Part shown: positions 49,928-58,612 of the stretch, one piece after another | How positions within the stretch are numbered: the stretch's first letter is position 1 | How the letters are laid out: each line of letters begins with the position of its first letter | Source of the DNA: a virus | Virus record (IMG/VR): IMGVR_UViG_3300044825_002608 | Span: 1 to 64,000 of that record | Length of the DNA stretch: 64,000 nucleotides | Strand: one strand, 5' to 3' | Notes under the pieces: generated by a model | The model's input: only the letters and a program-made list of their open reading frames with translations | What the model was told of the DNA's origin: nothing | Databases searched by the model: none | Made by a program: the position numbers and the translations under genes

Positions 49928-50004
49928 AAATAAGTGTTAAGGAATGTTAGCAAATACTAACAAACCTTAACAATTCATGTAAACCTAACGTTCTTTTTAA
50001 AACT

Positions 50005-52254
50005 ATGACTGCTACTATCGCTCGTCAGCGTGGTGGAAGTAACACTTGGGAACAATTCTGTGAGTGGGTAACTTCTACCAATAACCGTCTTTATGTCGGT
50101 TGGTTTGGAACTCTAATGATTCCTACCCTTCTCGCTGCTACTATTTGTTTCATTGTTGCTTTCATTGCCGCCCCTCCCGTAGACATACTGCTTTAATCTG
50201 TGTCCTTCATCCGTAAGGGTGATGTTAAAACTGGGTGAATTGCTGGAAACCGAAAGGCAATCAGCAGCCAAGCCTTAGGTACACCTAAGGAAGGTTCAGA
50301 GACTACCTGAGGGGTTTAGTCCCCTTAATAACAGGCAAGAGTGCCCAGCCCCTTTAATAACTTATAAAGGGTGAAGATATAGTCCAAACTTCACAGAGTA
50401 ATCTGTAACAACCTAAGTCTTATGATATGGTTGTTTATATGAAGTTGAGACGGGATTCGTGAACCAGTCGCTGGTTCTCTAATGTATGGAAACAACATCA
50501 TTTCTGGTGCTGTTGTTCCTAGTTCAAATGCGATTGGATTGCATTCGTAAAGGAGTGCCTTATATCAGAAATGGTATAAGAAAATCGGGTGAATTGCTGG
50601 AAACCTAACCCAGTAAAAGGATAAAAATGTATAAATAATAATATGGAATACACTTTTATCCTAATGACTATCTACGAACAGTTTATTGAGTATTGTAAAT
50701 CAAACAACTTTGATAGTGAGTATTATGAAAAACACCATATTGTCCCAAAACATAATGGTGGAACTGACGAAAAAGAAAATCTGATTTACTTACCTCCTCA
50801 TATTCATACACTCGCACATTATTATCGTTGGTTGTCATTTCAGGAAATAGGTGACAAAGTTGCTTATGAAATGAGATGGAACCAAGATATTAAAAGTGTA
50901 AAACTTCGTTCTCAACTTGCTGTTAAAAGTAATAAAGAAAAAGGTAATCTTTTTTGGAATACTGAATGGCAAAGAGAACAAGGATTAAAGGGTGGAAAAA
51001 AAGGAGGTTCTGCTAATACTCAAAACCAGTTTCTTGCCAGACAAAAAGTTGGTAAAACTTATGGAAAGCAAGTTGGACTTTCAAGACAAAAAGGTGATTT
51101 AGTAGAAATGCTAAAAAACTCAACGACTTGGAAACATAAAACTGGAAAAACTGTTACTCTTCCTCCACAAGAAAGTATTACTAAACTTTGTGAGAAACTT
51201 CAAAGTATTGAATATTTTGAAACTCCTAACAAAGCTCTTATAGGAAAACTTCTTCGTGCAGAAAAGAAACAACTTTATGGATGGTCTTTTACTGGTATGG
51301 CAATCAGCAGCCAAGTCCCAAGTACACTTGGGAAAGGTTCAGAGACTACCTGAGGAGTTCAGTCTCCTTAATAACAGGTTTAAGTGCCCGACACCCTCAA
51401 TTTAGGGTGATGATATAGTCCACACCATATGGAAACTTATGGGTTATGTGTTCTATCCAATCTGGGAAGCTGCTTCCCTTGATGAATGGCTCTACAACGG
51501 TGGTCCTTACCAACTTGTAGTCTTCCACTTCCTTATTGGTATCTATACCTATATGGGTCGTGAATGGGAACTTTCATACCGTCTAGGTATGCGTCCTTGG
51601 ATCTGTGTTGCTTACAGTGCTCCCGTCGCTGCTGCTTCTGCTGTGTTCCTGGTCTATCCTTTCGGTCAAGGTTCTTTCTCTGATGGTATGCCTCTGGGTA
51701 TCTCTGGTACTTTCAACTTCATGCTTGTGTTCCAGGCAGAGCACAACATTCTGATGCACCCATTCCATATGATGGGCGTGGCTGGCGTATTTGGTGGTTC
51801 TCTATTCAGTGCTATGCACGGTTCTCTAGTAACTTCAAGCCTAGTACGAGAAACTACCGAAAATGAAAGTCAAAATTATGGTTACAAGTTCGGTCAAGAA
51901 GAAGAGACCTACAACATCGTAGCTGCACATGGTTATTTTGGTCGTCTTATCTTCCAATATGCTTCGTTCAACAACTCTCGTTCACTGCACTTCTTCCTTG
52001 CTGCTTGGCCAGTTGTAGGTATCTGGTTCACTGCTCTTGGTGTAAGCACCATGGCCTTCAATTTGAACGGAATTAATCTAAATCAGTCTATCCTTGATAG
52101 TCAGAATCGTGTTATTAATTCTTGGGCAGATGTGCTAAATCGTGCCAACCTCGGGATCGAAGTAATGCACGAAAGGAACGCACATAATTTTCCTCTAGAT
52201 TTGGCTGCTGTTGAGCACACTCCTGTTGCTCTAACTGCACCTTCTATTGGTTGA
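50005..52254 (+). CDS. psbA: photosystem II D1 protein in three exons (50005-50186, 50448-50544, 51451-52254)
   Basis: Exons join in frame (..PPVDI|[12 protein letters not shown]|FYPIWEA..) to 1083 nt, i.e. a 360-aa D1. Confidence 0.95.
50187..50447 (+). mobile_element. group I intron 1 in psbA (no ORF)
   Basis: Exon ends in U (GACAT) pairing with IGS GTGTC (50200-50204); core TGCTG/CAGCA and GACTA/TAGTC; terminal G. Confidence 0.9.
50545..51450 (+). mobile_element. group I intron 2 in psbA carrying a homing endonuclease
   Basis: P1 GCATTC/GAGTGC with U.G pair; same core motifs as intron 1; terminal G at 51450. Confidence 0.9.
50643..51353 (+). CDS. intron-encoded HNH-type homing endonuclease
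   Basis: [20 protein letters not shown]...HTLAH; TATAAATA at 50630-50637. Confidence 0.85.
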   Translation: MEYTFILMTIYEQFIEYCKSNNFDSEYYEKHHIVPKHNGGTDEKENLIYLPPHIHTLAHYYRWLSFQEIGDKVAYEMRWNQDIKSVKLRSQLAVKSNKEKGNLFWNTEWQREQGLKGGKKGGSANTQNQFLARQKVGKTYGKQVGLSRQKGDLVEMLKNSTTWKHKTGKTVTLPPQESITKLCEKLQSIEYFETPNKALIGKLLRAEKKQLYGWSFTGMAISSQVPSTLGKGSETT

Positions 52255-52273
52255 TAAAAACTTAATAGTTTTT

Positions 52274-52300
52274 AAGACCTCCTTCGGGAGGTCTTTTTTT
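52274..52300 (+). terminator. intrinsic terminator of psbA
   Basis: AAGACCTCC-TTCG-GGAGGTCTT followed by a T-run. Confidence 0.85.
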
Positions 52301-52348
52301 ATGTCTAATTGACTAAATAGTTAAATCTATGGTATAATAAGTTTAACT

Positions 52349-52816
52349 ATGAATATCCAAACCATGAAAACATGCAATGTATGTGGTAAAATAAAATCAC
52401 TTTCGGAATATTATCCGACAAGATTTAAAAGTAAAGAGTTTCCTGACAAAACTTATTATCATGGAAAATGCAAATCTTGTTTTATTAAGGCAAAACAAAA
52501 AGACTATACTCCAGATAAAGGAAGAGATAAAAATCTAAGGCATAAGTATGGAATATCATTAGAAGATTATAATATTCTTTTAGAAAAACAGAATAATTGC
52601 TGTGCTATTTGTAGAAGCACAGATCCAAAAGGTAGAAAATCTGGCAGGGGAGGAGCAGTAGAAGTTTTTTATGTTGATCACGACCATAAAACTGGAAATG
52701 TGAGAGGATTGCTTTGTAACATTTGTAATAGAACTATGGGGTATATTGGAGAAAATTCTGGTGTATTAGAAGAAATGATTAAATACCTCGAACAACATAA
52801 ATCAAATGTCTCATAA
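52349..52816 (+). CDS. endonuclease VII-like free-standing homing endonuclease (F-CphI-like)
   Basis: KYGISLEDY..LLEKQ..CAIC...VDHDHKTGNVRGLLCNICN; directly downstream of psbA. Confidence 0.85.
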   Translation: MNIQTMKTCNVCGKIKSLSEYYPTRFKSKEFPDKTYYHGKCKSCFIKAKQKDYTPDKGRDKNLRHKYGISLEDYNILLEKQNNCCAICRSTDPKGRKSGRGGAVEVFYVDHDHKTGNVRGLLCNICNRTMGYIGENSGVLEEMIKYLEQHKSNVS

Positions 52817-52928
52817 TAATCAACACGAACCCATGGAAGATTGGGTAATCTGGGCAGGAGTAGGTATTATGATGTTTACAGTTATTATTTTTGTCGTATT
52901 TACTCTATCAATGATGTATTGGGGATAA
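52806..52928 (+). CDS. small membrane protein
   Basis: 40-aa ORF MSHNNQHEPMEDWVIWAGVGIMMFTVIIFVVFTLSMMYWG. Confidence 0.5.
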   Translation: MSHNNQHEPMEDWVIWAGVGIMMFTVIIFVVFTLSMMYWG

Positions 52929-52960
52929 GATATAACTATTAATGGTTTCTATTAAAAACC

Positions 52961-53509
52961 ATGAAGAAAGTAGCAATCTTTGGTTCAGCAAGAACAAATT
53001 CCGAATCCGGACTTTATAAGGCAGTAGAAAAACTTGGTAGAAATATCGCAGCAGAAGGATGGATAGTAGTTACTGGTGGTGGTCCAGGAACTATGGAAGC
53101 AGCAAATAAAGGAGCAATGAGTGCTTGTATTGGAAATTCTCTTTGTTCTGTTGCGGAAGCGATTTATTTGCCCTTCGAGGAAAATGTAAATCCATATGTT
53201 CAAGAATATGAGCAGCATCAAACTTTTTATTCGAGGTTGAAAACTTTTGCAGACTGTGATGCCTTTATTGTAACTCCTGGAGGTATTGGAACACTTCTTG
53301 AGATGGCAATGATTTATCAATTGGTTCAAGTGAATCATATCGACAAAAAACCAATTATTTGTGTTGGTAAAATGTGGAGAACATTTAAAACTTGGTTAGA
53401 AGACGAAATGTTAGATAATGGATTTCTCAATAATGAAGAAATGAAACTCATACATTATGTGGATAGATTTTCTGAAGCAACTCATTTACTCAAAGGATTG
53501 TTGACTTGA
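52961..53509 (+). CDS. LOG-family (SLOG) nucleotide phosphoribohydrolase-like protein
   Basis: VAIFGSAR, TGGGPGTMEAANKGA, PGGIGTLLE. Confidence 0.88.
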   Translation: MKKVAIFGSARTNSESGLYKAVEKLGRNIAAEGWIVVTGGGPGTMEAANKGAMSACIGNSLCSVAEAIYLPFEENVNPYVQEYEQHQTFYSRLKTFADCDAFIVTPGGIGTLLEMAMIYQLVQVNHIDKKPIICVGKMWRTFKTWLEDEMLDNGFLNNEEMKLIHYVDRFSEATHLLKGLLT

Positions 53510-53577
53510 GTAATATTACTTATTGACTCTTATGTTAAGAAATGCTAACATAAATATGAGAAATTACATTGGAGTCT

Positions 53578-54639
53578 ATGGTATCTTCAACACTTTCACA
53601 ACCAATTCAACAACGAGGATGGTTTGATGTACTTGACGATTGGCTTAAGCGTGATAGGTTTGTTTTTGTCGGTTGGTCTGGTTTACTATTATTCCCGACT
53701 GCTTATCTCGCTCTGGGTGGTTGGCTTACGGGAACTACGTTCGCAACCAGTTGGTATACTCATGGTATTGCGAGTTCTTACCTTGAGGGTTGCAATTTCC
53801 TTACCGCTGCTGTTTCTACTCCTGCTGATGCTCTCGGACATTCCCTTCTACTTCTTTGGGGTCCAGAAGCTCAGGGAGATTTCGTCCGTTGGATCCAACT
53901 TGGGGGACTCTGGACTTTTGTGGCACTACACGGATCTTTCGCTTTAATTGGATTTATGCTTCGCCAGTTTGAGATTGCTCGACTGGTTGGTATCCGCCCT
54001 TACAACGCAATTGCATTCTCTGGTCCGATTGCGGTGTTTGTGAGTGTGTTTCTGATGTATCCACTGGGTCAATCCAGTTGGTTCTTTGCTCCCTCCTTTG
54101 GAGTTGCTGCTATCTTCCGATTTCTTCTGTTTATTCAAGGATTTCATAATTATCTGTTAAATCCGTTTCATATGATGGGAGTTGCTGGTATACTAGGTGG
54201 AGCACTTCTCTGTGCTATTCATGGTGCAACAGTTGAAAATACTCTATTTGAAGATGGTGATAAAGCAAATACTTTCAAAGCATTTGAACCGACTCAAGAA
54301 GAAGAAACCTATTCTATGGTCACAGCTAATCGTTTTTGGTCACAAATTTTTGGCATTGCTTTCAGTAACAAGCGTTGGTTGCATTTCTTTATGCTTTTTG
54401 TTCCTGTCATGGGTCTTTGGACATCTTCTATTGGGATTATTGGTCTTGCTCTCAATCTACGTGCTTATGATTTTGTAAGTCAGGAGATTCGTGCAGCAGA
54501 AGATCCAGAATTTGAGACTTTCTACACAAAAAATATACTGCTTAACGAAGGTCTTCGTGCTTGGATGGCACCAGTAGATCAACCTCATGAGAACTTTGTG
54601 TTTCCAGAAGAGGTGTTGCCTCGCGGTAATGCTCTATGA
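53578..54639 (+). CDS. psbD: photosystem II D2 protein
   Basis: [23 protein letters not shown]...[10 protein letters not shown]. Confidence 0.98.
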   Translation: MVSSTLSQPIQQRGWFDVLDDWLKRDRFVFVGWSGLLLFPTAYLALGGWLTGTTFATSWYTHGIASSYLEGCNFLTAAVSTPADALGHSLLLLWGPEAQGDFVRWIQLGGLWTFVALHGSFALIGFMLRQFEIARLVGIRPYNAIAFSGPIAVFVSVFLMYPLGQSSWFFAPSFGVAAIFRFLLFIQGFHNYLLNPFHMMGVAGILGGALLCAIHGATVENTLFEDGDKANTFKAFEPTQEEETYSMVTANRFWSQIFGIAFSNKRWLHFFMLFVPVMGLWTSSIGIIGLALNLRAYDFVSQEIRAAEDPEFETFYTKNILLNEGLRAWMAPVDQPHENFVFPEEVLPRGNAL

Positions 54640-54645
54640 TATAAT

Positions 54646-54668
54646 GGAGGGGAAACCCTCCTTTTTTT
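54646..54668 (+). terminator. intrinsic terminator of psbD
   Basis: GGAGGG-GAAA-CCCTCC followed by a T-run. Confidence 0.8.
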
Positions 54669-54777
54669 ATGATATCTTCAACAACTCCATATAAACTCGC
54701 AGACATACTTAGAGATACCTGGCCACAACTTTACAGGAAACCACAAGTACCGTATAATAAGGAAAAGACTTCTAAAA

Positions 54778-55071
54778 ATGAGAAAGTATAATGAAGAATA
54801 TTTTTCAGTAATTAATAGAAATACTGGAAAAAAGATTTGCGATTGTGCCGAGTATTCAGACGCGATGATGATGTTGGATATTGACCCACATAATCGGCAA
54901 ATCAAAAGAAATCGATTTCTTATGAGTCCAGTAGTTGATATTGAGATGCCAAAATCACTACCGACTAATGAGATTGTAGTCAATATGGATGGTGGTGTTG
55001 GTGGTTCTTGGAAAGTAGAAGAACCAGAAAAACTACCAGAAGGGCAAGGTAAACCTGTGATTGTCAACTAA
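54778..55071 (+). CDS. hypothetical protein
   Basis: 97-aa ORF. Confidence 0.6.
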   Translation: MRKYNEEYFSVINRNTGKKICDCAEYSDAMMMLDIDPHNRQIKRNRFLMSPVVDIEMPKSLPTNEIVVNMDGGVGGSWKVEEPEKLPEGQGKPVIVN

Positions 55072-55094
55072 ATAATCACAAGTCGCAGGTACTT

Positions 55095-55466
55095 ATGGTT
55101 CCTCTTCATTCTTCAAGAGAATATTTGTTTCAATTACAGGCAACAAGTTCAGGAGAAGCACGAAGATTATGGAGAAAGCACATTAAAGAAAGTTGGGAAA
55201 ATAAGTGTGCTTATTGTGGATCAGAAGAAAACCTAACAATTGATCACATTATTCCTCAGTCAAAAGGTGGTCTAGATACAACTAAAAATGTAGTTTGTTG
55301 CTGCCATTCTTGTAATCAAGATAAAGGTCATACTCCTTGGGAAGATTGGTATTCTTCTCAGGAGTTTTTTAGTATAGAAAATTATGAGAAAGTAAAGAAT
55401 TGGATGAAACCAGAAGCACCTGCAAATCTTTATGTTTATCGTCCAAGGAGAAATAATTTAACATAA
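55095..55466 (+). CDS. HNH endonuclease
   Basis: CAYCG...LTIDHIIPQSKGG....NVVCCCHSCNQDKG. Confidence 0.88.
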   Translation: MVPLHSSREYLFQLQATSSGEARRLWRKHIKESWENKCAYCGSEENLTIDHIIPQSKGGLDTTKNVVCCCHSCNQDKGHTPWEDWYSSQEFFSIENYEKVKNWMKPEAPANLYVYRPRRNNLT

Positions 55467-55525
55467 TAAATAGATAAAAGGCGGCAGTAGATACTGTCAT
55501 TTAAGGTATATACCGAATGTAATAA

Positions 55526-58500
55526 ATGGCAACTCCAATTCGGATTAAAAGATCCGCAGTACCTAACAAAAGACCAACACTAGCAGATTTGCAGTTAGGC
55601 GAACCCGCGATTAATACTTTTGATGGTCGTATCTATTTAAGAAGAGATACCGGAGTTGCAAGCACAATCACGCTAGTTACTCCTTGGACGGAGAATACGG
55701 GAGGATCAATTTATTATAATGACGGTAATATTGGAGTTGGAACAACGAACCCAACTTCAAAATTAACTGTTTTTGGTGATGCATTATTGGATGGTGTAGT
55801 TACAGCAACAACATTTAGCGGGCAGATTAATGCTGGTGTTGCGACTGTTACATCTCTTAGTATTGGGTCCACACAAGTCATTAGTTCTGGAAGACAACTA
55901 CAAAATATTCTTTCGCTTGATTCAATTACTGTTGCGACAATTGAATCGGCAATTTCTAATGCTCCAAATACGTTTAGTGACATTACCGTAACTGGTATTA
56001 GTACATTAGGAGTTACAAGTGCCACTAGTTTAAGAGCACAACAACTTAATGTATCGGGAATTACAACTCTTGGTGTAGTTACTGCGGGTAATATATTCTC
56101 TACTGGGATTATAACTGCCAATACTTTTGTAGGAAATTTAACTGGTAATGTAACTGGAAATCTAAACTCTTCTGGCGTTAATACCGCAACAACATTAAGT
56201 GGTACTACTGCTACTTATACAACAGGTAACTTTACTACTGCTAATATAACAACTGGCATCGTAACTACTTTAATCGGTACTAATCTCAATTATAGTGGTA
56301 TAGGCACTATTACAACACTGAATAGTACTAATGCTATATTAACCAATATTAATTCAAGCGGTATTAGCACTCTTGGAGTTACGAGTGTAACCCGTTTAAC
56401 ATCACAAAGCATTAATTCTTCTGGAATTGTAACTGGATCAACATTTAGACCTTCGACTGGTTACATTCAAGCAGCAGATGGAACTAATTCCTTCTACATT
56501 TATAATTCAACTGGAAATGTAGCGTTTCAGGGAACAATTGGTGCGTCTCAGATTAATAATGCTCAGGGATATAAGGTAATTGGATTCGCTGGAACAAATA
56601 ACACTACTTTTGAAAATCACGTTTATATTTCTGGTGTTACTACATCTATTGGTGGTTTTGTAGGAAATCTAACAGGAACTGCAACCACAGCAACTAATCT
56701 TTCTGATGCTGCAAATATTACCACTGGCATAATTAGTACTTCTAGATTATCTGGAACTTATAACATTAACATAAGTGGTAATGCAGCAACGGCAACTTAT
56801 GCTACTAATGCTGGCATAGCAACTTATGCTACTTCAAGTGGTATTGCTACTTATGCTTCAACATCTGGCATTGCTACTTATGCTACTTCAAGTGGTATTG
56901 CTACTTATGCTTCAATAGCAGGTATAGCAACTTATGCTACTAATGCTGGCATTGCTACTTATTCCGAAACAGCAGGTATAGCAACTTATGCTACTAATGC
57001 AGGTATAGCAACTTATGCTACTAATGCTGGTATAGCAACTTATGCAACTTCAAGTGGTATTGCTACTTATGCTTCAATATCAGGTATTGCTACTTATGCA
57101 ACTTCACTTCAAAACGTAAGGACTTTTGAAATCACTGGTGATATTATTGCATCTCCAATTTCTTTTGATGGAACTGGTAATGTATCTTTGGCAGCAACAA
57201 TTCAACCAAATTCAGTTGGACTTGGAACTGATACTTTTGGTGATTATGTTAAGGATATTTCGGGAACTGCAAATCAAATTACAGTTACTTCTGGGACTGG
57301 TGAGGGATCAACTCCTATTATTTCAATTCCCGACAGTCCAATACTTCCTGGAAATGTTACAATTTCAAATGATTTACAAGTCAATAATAATCTTAATGTA
57401 AGCGGAAACATTACAATTGGTGGAACTTCTGCTGTCATTTTCGTAAATGAACTTAATGTAAAGGATAAAGAAATTGTATTAGGAATTACTACAATAAATG
57501 GCGGCGTAGATAGGTCTACTGATACTACTGCTAATCACGGTGGTATTGCAATTGCTTCAACTGAGGGAAGTCCCCTAGTTAGTATGAAAGTATCTGGTAT
57601 TAATACTTTACCAGATACTTATAAACAATTAATGTGGGTTAAGTCTGGCACTATGGGTGCTGGGACCACTGGTGCTTGGATATTTAATTATGCTGTTGGA
57701 GTTGGATCAACACAAGTTCCAAACGGTATAAGATTTGCTGCTGGGTCCGTTCAATTTACGGAAAATGATCTATTGGTTATAAGAAATATTAATGCTTCTG
57801 GTATTATAACGGCATCAAGTTTTAGTGGTAATGCTTCTAGTGCTACCTATGCTACTAGTGCTGGTATTGCTACTTATGCAACTTCAAGTGGTATAGCAAC
57901 TTATTCCGAAACATCAGGCATAGCAACTTATGCTACTTCAAGTGGTATTGCTACTTATGCTACTACTGCTGGCATTGCGACTTATGCTTCAACAGCAGGA
58001 ATTGCCACTTATGCTACTAGTGTTGGTATTGCGACTTATGCTACTTCAAGTGGCATAGCAACTTATTCCGAAACATCAGGAATATCAACAAATGTTATAG
58101 GTGGTATAGGATCTCTTGCACAATTAAGTGTATCAGGTATTGCAACTATCATCACTGAACTTGATGTAGGTGTTGGTGGAACTATTTTCAATGCACTTCC
58201 TACCGGATTTATTGGCATAGGAACCACAAATCCAACATCAAAACTTTATATTGTTGGTGATACTTTTGTAACAGGTGTTATCACATCTACTGATTACAAT
58301 TCCGCATCAGACATAAAACTCAAAACTAATATCTCCACAATTTTAAATCCCCTTGATAAGGTTTCCAAATTAAATGGTGTAGAGTTTACTTGGAAAGAGA
58401 CTGGCAAAAAGTCTGCCGGAGTAATTGCACAAGAAGTTGAAAAAGTTCTTCCAAATCTTGTAAATGGTGATGAAACTAAAACTGTAAATTATAATGGATT

Positions 58501-58576
58501 GATTGGGTTACTGATTGAATGTATTAAAGAACAACAAAAAGAAATTGATTTTCTTAAGCAAAATATATTATCATAA
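55526..58576 (+). CDS. tail fibre protein with C-terminal intramolecular chaperone (peptidase S74)
   Basis: GIGTTNP motifs, Thr/Ser/Gly-rich; SDIKLKTNI...GVIAQEVEKVLP...VNYNGLIGLLIECIKE. Confidence 0.85.
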   Translation: MATPIRIKRSAVPNKRPTLADLQLGEPAINTFDGRIYLRRDTGVASTITLVTPWTENTGGSIYYNDGNIGVGTTNPTSKLTVFGDALLDGVVTATTFSGQINAGVATVTSLSIGSTQVISSGRQLQNILSLDSITVATIESAISNAPNTFSDITVTGISTLGVTSATSLRAQQLNVSGITTLGVVTAGNIFSTGIITANTFVGNLTGNVTGNLNSSGVNTATTLSGTTATYTTGNFTTANITTGIVTTLIGTNLNYSGIGTITTLNSTNAILTNINSSGISTLGVTSVTRLTSQSINSSGIVTGSTFRPSTGYIQAADGTNSFYIYNSTGNVAFQGTIGASQINNAQGYKVIGFAGTNNTTFENHVYISGVTTSIGGFVGNLTGTATTATNLSDAANITTGIISTSRLSGTYNINISGNAATATYATNAGIATYATSSGIATYASTSGIATYATSSGIATYASIAGIATYATNAGIATYSETAGIATYATNAGIATYATNAGIATYATSSGIATYASISGIATYATSLQNVRTFEITGDIIASPISFDGTGNVSLAATIQPNSVGLGTDTFGDYVKDISGTANQITVTSGTGEGSTPIISIPDSPILPGNVTISNDLQVNNNLNVSGNITIGGTSAVIFVNELNVKDKEIVLGITTINGGVDRSTDTTANHGGIAIASTEGSPLVSMKVSGINTLPDTYKQLMWVKSGTMGAGTTGAWIFNYAVGVGSTQVPNGIRFAAGSVQFTENDLLVIRNINASGIITASSFSGNASSATYATSAGIATYATSSGIATYSETSGIATYATSSGIATYATTAGIATYASTAGIATYATSVGIATYATSSGIATYSETSGISTNVIGGIGSLAQLSVSGIATIITELDVGVGGTIFNALPTGFIGIGTTNPTSKLYIVGDTFVTGVITSTDYNSASDIKLKTNISTILNPLDKVSKLNGVEFTWKETGKKSAGVIAQEVEKVLPNLVNGDETKTVNYNGLIGLLIECIKEQQKEIDFLKQNILS
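56792..57106 (+). repeat. 27-nt coding tandem repeat (ATYATxxGI) x ~11.7
   Basis: Repeated gcaacttatgctact..ggtat units. Confidence 0.9.
57842..58084 (+). repeat. 27-nt coding tandem repeat (ATYATxxGI) x 9
   Basis: Second array of the same unit. Confidence 0.9.
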
Positions 58577-58612
58577 ATACTAAAAACTACCTAGTGTAAA
58601 CGAGGACGGTAG

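Noticed and set aside
50005-52254. psbA pseudogene or frameshifted fragments, as the ORF track suggests
   Set aside because: The interruptions have full group I intron hallmarks and splice to an intact 360-aa D1.
56792-58084. CRISPR-like array
   Set aside because: The 27-nt units are contiguous, in-frame coding repeats with no unique spacers, and there are no cas genes.
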